From: Octopus bimaculoides
Taxonomy: Eukaryota
Length of the DNA: 64,000 nucleotides
NCBI RefSeq assembly: GCF_001194135.2
Contig: NC_068987.1
Span: 8,339,015-8,403,014 of the forward strand
Direction: 5' to 3'
Below are positions 62,088 to 64,000 of this stretch, piece by piece. How positions within the stretch are numbered: position 1 is the first letter of the stretch; each line of letters begins with the position of its first letter. The notes beneath the pieces were generated by a model. It had not been told where the DNA came from. It was given only the letters and a program-made list of their open reading frames with translations, and searched no databases. The position numbers were made by a program, and so were the translations under genes.

Positions 62088-62890
62088 NNNNNNNNNNNNN
62101 NNNNNNNNNNNNNNNNNNNNNNNNNNNNNNNNNNNNNNNNNNNNNNNNNNNNNNNNNNNNNNNNNNNNNNNNNNNNNNNNNNNNNNNNNNNNNNNNNNNN
62201 NNNNNNNNNNNNNNNNNNNNNNNNNNNNNNNNNNNNNNNNNNNNNNNNNNNNNNNNNNNNNNNNNNNNNNNNNNNNNNNNNNNNNNNNNNNNNNNNNNNN
62301 NNNNNNNNNNNNNNNNNNNNNNNNNNNNNNNNNNNNNNNNNNNNNNNNNNNNNNNNNNNNNNNNNNNNNNNNNNNNNNNNNNNNNNNNNNNNNNNNNNNN
62401 NNNNNNNNNNNNNNNNNNNNNNNNNNNNNNNNNNNNNNNNNNNNNNNNNNNNNNNNNNNNNNNNNNNNNNNNNNNNNNNNNNNNNNNNNNNNNNNNNNNN
62501 NNNNNNNNNNNNNNNNNNNNNNNNNNNNNNNNNNNNNNNNNNNNNNNNNNNNNNNNNNNNNNNNNNNNNNNNNNNNNNNNNNNNNNNNNNNNNNNNNNNN
62601 NNNNNNNNNNNNNNNNNNNNNNNNNNNNNNNNNNNNNNNNNNNNNNNNNNNNNNNNNNNNNNNNNNNNNNNNNNNNNNNNNNNNNNNNNNNNNNNNNNNN
62701 NNNNNNNNNNNNNNNNNNNNNNNNNNNNNNNNNNNNNNNNNNNNNNNNNNNNNNNNNNNNNNNNNNNNNNNNNNNNNNNNNNNNNNNNNNNNNNNNNNNN
62801 NNNNNNNNNNNNNNNNNNNNNNNNNNNNNNNNNNNNNNNNNNNNNNNNNNNNNNNNNNNNNNNNNNNNNNNNNNNNNNNNNNNNNNNNNN
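62088..62890. other. Assembly gap (803 N)
   Basis: N-run. Confidence 1.
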
Positions 62891-62904
62891 TATATATATA
62901 TGTA

Positions 62905-63097
62905 TGTGTCTGTCCCCTCAACATTGCTTGATAACCGATGCTGGTGTGTTTACGTCCCCGTAACTTAGCAGTTCGGCAAAAGAGACCGATAAAATAAGTA
63001 CTAGGCTTACAAAGAATAAGTCCTGGGGTCGATTTGCTCGACTGAAGGCGGTGCTCCAGCATGGCCACAGTCAAATGACTGAAACAAGTTAAAGAGT
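62905..63097 (+). mobile_element. Young family B SINE 3' half
   Basis: CpG-intact TTGATAACCGATGCTGGTGTGTTTACGTCCCCGTAACTTAGCAGTTCGGC...GACTGAAACAAGTTAAAGAG; the 5' half probably lies in the gap. Confidence 0.85.
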
Positions 63098-63249
63098 ATA
63101 GATTTCAAGAACCATTTTCTATGTTTGGAAAATAACTTAGACTCCCTACTTAGCCACCAGCAGCTTCACAACCCTTTAGCATTCAAATTATTCTCCAAAA
63201 TATAATCTTTCATTTGTTTCAGAACGTGGCCATGTTTTAGAATGCAGCC

Positions 63250-63608
63250 ATGCTGGGGTACTGCATTGAATTTTTAGTCAAAGGTATTGACCCCAGGCCT
63301 TTTTTTTTTTTATTAAGCCTGTTACTTATTCTATTGATCTCTTTTTGCCGAGCTGCTAAGTTACGGGGACACAAACATACCCACACTGGCTGTCAAGCAG
63401 TCTTTGGGGGTACAAACACAGGCACAAAGATACACACACATAGATATTTATGCAACAGGCTTCTTCCAGATTGCATCTACCAAATCCTCTCACAAGACTT
63501 TGGTCAGCCTGAGACTATAGTAGACGACACTCGCCCAACATGCCACACTGGGATGGAACCCAGAACCACATAGTTGGAAAGCAAGCTTTTTACTACACAG
63601 CCACACCT
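63250..63608 (-). mobile_element. Family B SINE
   Basis: GCCATGCTGGGGTACTGC...ACCAAATCCTCTCACAAGACTTTGGTCAGCC...TACTACACAGCCACACC. Confidence 0.75.
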
Positions 63609-63877
63609 TCCAGCTTGGCCAGAGTAATCCACATGTCTCATGCTCTGAGGTACACATTTCACAACATTGCAAGCTATTTCTTTTCTACTTATTGAAATTT
63701 GACCATTGATGCTTATATTTTCTTCATGAACTCCTTGACAAGTCCAGTCTTAATATCTCTGAGGGGACAAGCCCTTAAAGAATTTCACTGAGAGTTTAAA
63801 AGTTATTGACTATCCTCAACATAGTTTAGCTTGCTAGCACCTTTACCCAAAAAGTTTCACACAACTGGATGTCTGGT

Positions 63878-64000
63878 AAGTTCGCCGTCGTCAATTCACA
63901 GCGGGGAAGGTTCACCGCCGTCGTCAATTCAGCGCGGGGAAAGTTCGCCGTCGTCGTCAATTCAGCGCGGGGGAAAGTTCGCCGTCGTCGTCAATTCAGC
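63878..64000. repeat. CpG-rich ~30-34 bp tandem repeat, at least 4 copies, running off the window edge
   Basis: Unit AAGTTCGCCGTCGTC(GTC)AATTCAGCGCGGG(GG)A. Confidence 0.9.

Overview
This is AT-rich eukaryotic non-coding DNA from a draft assembly, with 11 N-gaps totalling about 4.7 kb. Dense (AT/GT/CT/AAT/CAT)n microsatellites, several tRNA-derived and CORE-like SINE families, and RTE-like retroposon 3' ends with (GAT)n tails make it most consistent with an octopus/coleoid cephalopod genome (inference from repeat style, no database search). I cannot support any protein-coding gene. The long ORFs in the track are artefacts of N-runs and microsatellites. The only recognisable protein remnant is about 40 frameshifted codons of a mariner transposase C-terminus (36700-36815). 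The window is probably intronic or intergenic, with a CpG-richer zone at about 1.8-6.3 kb containing weak candidate UTR exons. Mobile content includes four SINE-like families (some in head-to-tail trains), RTE-like 3' ends with a variable internal tandem array, and Tc1/mariner, pogo-like and piggyBac-like MITEs, several nested. The most interesting structure is a ~160-bp near-perfect palindrome (51295-51453). Each arm carries a complete but mutated type-I hammerhead ribozyme fold, as expected for an inverted Penelope-like pLTR. Two further hammerhead-like motifs, a second long fold-back (44054-44251), closely spaced inverted retroposon pairs and a CpG-rich tandem array at the right edge are also noted. 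No prokaryote-type system (CRISPR, operon, rRNA, intact tRNA) is present. Repeat boundaries are by eye and approximate.
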